Source: Eledone cirrhosa (lineage: Eukaryota). From it: a stretch of DNA of 64,000 nucleotides. The notes under the pieces are model-generated. The model worked only from the letters and a program-made list of their open reading frames with translations, did not search any database and had not been told where the DNA came from. The translations under genes and the position numbers were made by a program. Below are positions 20,930-64,000 of the stretch, piece after piece; position 1 is the stretch's first letter, and every line of letters starts with the position of its first letter. The stretch covers positions 287,866,001-287,930,000 of the forward strand of contig OZ024741.1 of the NCBI GenBank assembly GCA_964016885.1, in the 5' to 3' direction.

Positions 20930-21960
20930 AATAATAATTGTTTCTACGTTTGGCACAAGGCCAGCAATTACCCAGTACATTACTGGTACTTTATTTTATC
21001 GACCCCGTAAGGATGAAAGGCAAAGTTAACCTCTGTGGGATTTGAACTCAGAATGGCAAGGGCCGTAACTCTATGCGTCAAAGCATGGCGTCCGACCATC
21101 TACTAATAATAATAATAATGTTTTCTGATTTAGACAAGGCTAACAATGTGACTAAAGGAAAGATCATTACATCGACTTCAGTACGTGACTGGTACTTTAT
21201 TTTATTGACCCTGAAAGGATGAAAGGCAAAGTAGACCATGGCGGGATTTCAACTCAAACCGTAAAGGGGCGTAACTCTATACTGAAAAGCATGGCATCTG
21301 ACACTATCAATTCTGCTAATCCACCGCCCTTTAATAATAATTGTTTCTACTTTTAGCACAAGGCCAGTAATTACCCCAGTACATGACTGGTACTTTATTT
21401 TATTGACCCCGTAAGGATGAAAGGCAAAGTTAACCTCAGTGGGATTTGAACTCAGACAATAGAAGGCCGTAACTATGCTGCAAAGCATGGCATCCGACCC
21501 TCTACCGATACTGCCAATCCACCGACCCTTTTTAATAATAATAAGGATGATAAATAATTCTCTCAAACATTAGCACAAGGCCAGTAATTTGAGGGTAATG
21601 AGAAAGTCAATTATATCAACCTCAATACATAACTGGTTACTTTATTTTATTGACTTCGTAAAGATGAAGACCAAACCTGACCACGGCGGAATTTGAACTC
21701 AGAATGTAGAAAATCATAACAAAATACTGTAAAGCTTTTTGTCATATCCTCTAATAATGGTTTCTTATATAAGCACAAGGCCAGCAATTTTGGGGGAGGG
21801 GAAAGTCGATTAAATCGACCCCAGTGCGTGACTGGTACTTTATTTTATCGACCCCGTAAGGATGAAAGGCAAAGTCAACCTCGGCGGGATTTGAACTCAG
21901 ATCGTAAAGGGACGTAACTATGCTGGAAAGCATGGCGTCCGACACTACCGATACTGCCAA
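20930..21960 (-). mobile_element. Tandem cluster of five tRNA-derived SINEs separated by (AAT)n
   Basis: Each has an A-box-like TGGCAGTATCGG, a B box GAGTTCAAATCC and the body GCCTTTCATCCTTACGGGGTCGATAAAATAAAGTACCAG. Confidence 0.9.
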
Positions 21961-22213
21961 TAATAATAATGATTTCATTTATTAGCCACCAGGGCCGACA
22001 TGTAGGGGACAATACAAAGACAGGGACAGTGGGGGTTTACAATAAGGTGGAGTAAAAGTGCACAATGGCAAGACTAATTTAACAATGATAATAATAATAA
22101 TAATAATAATAATATCCAGCTCTAATGAAAGAATTAAAAAATAGACAAAAAATAGAAAAGTCAGTCTCCAAAGAAAAAAAAAACCGGAAAAATATAACAT
22201 ACTGGTTTGGATT

Positions 22214-22219
22214 TTTATT
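22214..22219 (-). promoter_or_regulatory. Candidate polyadenylation signal (AATAAA) of ACO2
   Basis: AATAAA about 92 nt after the stop, followed by a U-rich tract on the minus strand. Confidence 0.45.
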
Positions 22220-22310
22220 TTTGTTGGTTGTTTTTGAAAACTTCTTTTATAAGAAATTGTCATTGTGGTGTAATGTAAACTATCTAGTTGTTCTATAAAT
22301 CTAAGAGTGG

Positions 22311-61543
<39,233 letters not shown>

Positions 61544-61639
61544 CTGAAAAATAAAATAAATAATTAAATATATAAATAAATTGCCCTTTAAGATAACCTA
61601 TTCCATTTCTGTGTAGAAATAATTATAATAATAATAATA

Positions 61640-62040
61640 ATAATGGTTTCATTTATTGGCCACTGTCTCCGTCTATTGTATTGGCCCCTATATAGGGGAC
61701 AATACAATAGACGGAGACAGTGGGGGTTTTACATAAAAATCAAGTAAAAAATAGGAAAACAAGAAAAATACAACAATGAAAATTTCCCAATAGGGAAGAT
61801 AACCACCCAGGGTTGATTCAGGTACCCCACCAATCCTGAACGACCCCACGCTTCGAGGGCACCCATGAAGGGAACCCCTCTCCTCCTCAAATTCACCAGC
61901 CTACAGGCGTATGATCAGAGTAGGCCCACTCACACAAGCCATTCTCGCCACATTCACCCACCTTTCAACAAATGTACTGGGAGGCAGCACTTTTCTCTCC
62001 ACCCTCACCTTCCTTTCCAAATGAAATTTGAAAATCCCTC
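61640..62040 (-). mobile_element. L1/Tx1-like 3' fragment
   Basis: Homologous to 12462-12850 and 21975-22075. Confidence 0.55.
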
Positions 62041-62049
62041 ATCAATAAT

Positions 62050-62577
62050 AATAATAATTGTTTCTTCTATTGGCACAAGGCCAGCAACTATCCCAGTGCA
62101 TTACTGGTACTTTATTTTATCGACCCCGTAAGGATGAAAGGCAAAGTTAACCTCGGTGGGATTTGAACTCAGAATGGCAAGGGCCGTAACTCCATGCGTC
62201 AAAGCATGACGTCCGACCCTCTACCAATACTGCCAATTCACCGCCCAATAATAATAATAATAATGGTTTCTGATTTAGGCACAAGACCAGCAATTGGAGG
62301 GGAAGTCAATTAAATCGACCCAGTGTGTGACTGGTACTTTATTTTATTGACCCCGTAAGGATGAAAGGCAAAGCTAACCTAGGCAGGATGTGAACTCAAT
62401 GTAAAAGCATGGTGTCCAAAGCTCTACCGATACGATACTGCCAATCCACTGCCATCATAAATATTAATAATAATGGTTTCTGATTTAGGCACAACACCAA
62501 CAATTGGGAGTGGTGGGGAGTCAATTAAATTGACCCCAGGGAGTCTTTATATTAACTCTGTAAGGATGAAAGGCAAC
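62050..62577 (-). mobile_element. Three tandem tRNA-derived SINEs (last truncated)
   Basis: Same family as 20930-21960, (AAT)n spacers. Confidence 0.85.
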
Positions 62578-62744
62578 AAAGAGCTGTCTGTTGATCCCAT
62601 ATTCATGCAGAGCCTTCCACATTAAGACTGTGGAATATGGTCATATGCCTTTCTGAGGTCCATGTAACAAACATCTTAGCAACACTCCCACGATTTCTCA
62701 AAGATCTGCTGCAGAAATTAAAAGAAAGGCACTGCCTATGTTTT

Positions 62745-63255
62745 TTTCAAATGTTTCTGAAAGTTGATAGCTTTTGTTATCTAGGTGTTCTCATTTATTT
62801 ACAGTGGAGGAAGGTGCTTCAAAAACATAACCAGAATAAGAACAAGATGGAAAAGTTCAGAGAGCTACTACTTCTGTCAACAACAGAAGGGTTCTCCCTC
62901 TCCCTGAGTATATTGTATGATACCCATGTACATAGTAGTGTTACAGGGGAGTGAGATGTATGCATTAAATGCAAAGGATGCATGAAGGTTAGAAAGAAAT
63001 TAATTGAATATGCTCCGTTGAATGAATGTGAAATGTTAGTATGCATGAATGACAAAGCACATATGAATTAAGAGAAAAAACTGATTAAATGATGAGTCAG
63101 ATGTCATATGTAGGAGAGAAGGTTGCAATAGTATAAACATGTAATGTTTGTGGATGATGACCATTGAGTTAAGAAGTGTCAGGAGTTGCAAATGGAAGGC
63201 AGATGTGGTAGGGAAGGCCAAGAAAGAGTTAAGCAGAAGTGGTGAAAGCTGAACC
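62745..63255 (+). mobile_element. Highly decayed RTE LINE 3' remnant
   Basis: VDSFCYLG, KFRELL.L..TEGFSL. Confidence 0.7.
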
Positions 63256-64000
63256 TCTCTTATTCCTGTGAATCATGAAGGTAGAGTATTCTGACATGCT
63301 TTCCAGGGGGTCCTTACTGGAAGCAACCATCTCCAAATGATCTGGCAGAATCCCTAAGTGAGACCAACAAAGATTATAGGTGTTATCCAGCCAACCTTCT
63401 TATGGTCTACCTCTGGATCTCCCCATAAAATCTGTCTTGCAATTCTTTTCTTAGACATTATAACCACATGTCCATAGTATTGGACATATTAGAAATAACC
63501 CCTATATCTCTTTCAATTTATATCATGCTGTCTTTGAAGGTACAAGACATTGGATAACTGTATTTGATGCAATGTCTAAGAAAAAAGATGATATGGTTAT
63601 AGCTGGAATGTCTGATTATAGGTCTGCACAACTAGGACTGACCTGGTGCTAAACTACAACTTCACCCATTTATTTCTGTATAAAAGTCTAACTTCAATAA
63701 GAGGAGTTTGTAGTTTGCTTGAAGCATTGTGGAAAGTATATAAGTTAGTGTGGTTTATTAAAAGGCTACAGCAATGCAAATGACTCATTAAATGTTAAAA
63801 ATGTTATCTTGGAGGTGCTTAATAAGTCCTTAATATTTCGGGATACAAATCTCTTTGTCAAAAGAGTTAACTTACATATAGTGAGAGAAAAAGGCAATGC
63901 ATTACCTATGACCTTTGTTGATCTGAACTACTCACAGGTTGGTGAAACTCATACAGTTAAAGGCTAACCTGAACATCTGAAGGTTAATGACTATAGAAAG

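Noticed and set aside
62725-62740. IRE-like CAGTGC on the minus strand
   Set aside because: No flanking stem with a bulged C; lies beside a decayed RTE remnant

Overview
Eukaryotic, AT-rich, repeat-dense genomic DNA, most likely an invertebrate; the SINE, microsatellite and LINE content suggests an octopus-like cephalopod (inference). There is one clear host gene: mitochondrial aconitase (ACO2) on the minus strand. I read 20 GT-AG exons between 61543 and 22311 that splice in frame into 775 codons plus stop, with the Fe-S cysteines and catalytic motifs intact. The ATG-bearing first exon was not found and probably lies beyond 64000. Most of the rest is repeats: about 8 kb of (TA)n/TATAC microsatellite, LINE remnants (CR1, RTE, R4/Dong, Tx1, CRE), a decayed GIY-YIG Penelope-like element, non-autonomous Helitrons, mariner remnants, piggyBac- and hAT-type MITEs, and many tRNA-derived SINEs. 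The long IY/YI ORFs are microsatellite artefacts. I found no convincing wholly new biological system. The best leads are a hammerhead-ribozyme-like motif inside a 200-bp palindrome, further decayed hammerhead relics, and a 30-bp minisatellite enclosed by long inverted arms in an ACO2 intron. Exon coordinates were read base by base; most repeat boundaries are approximate.
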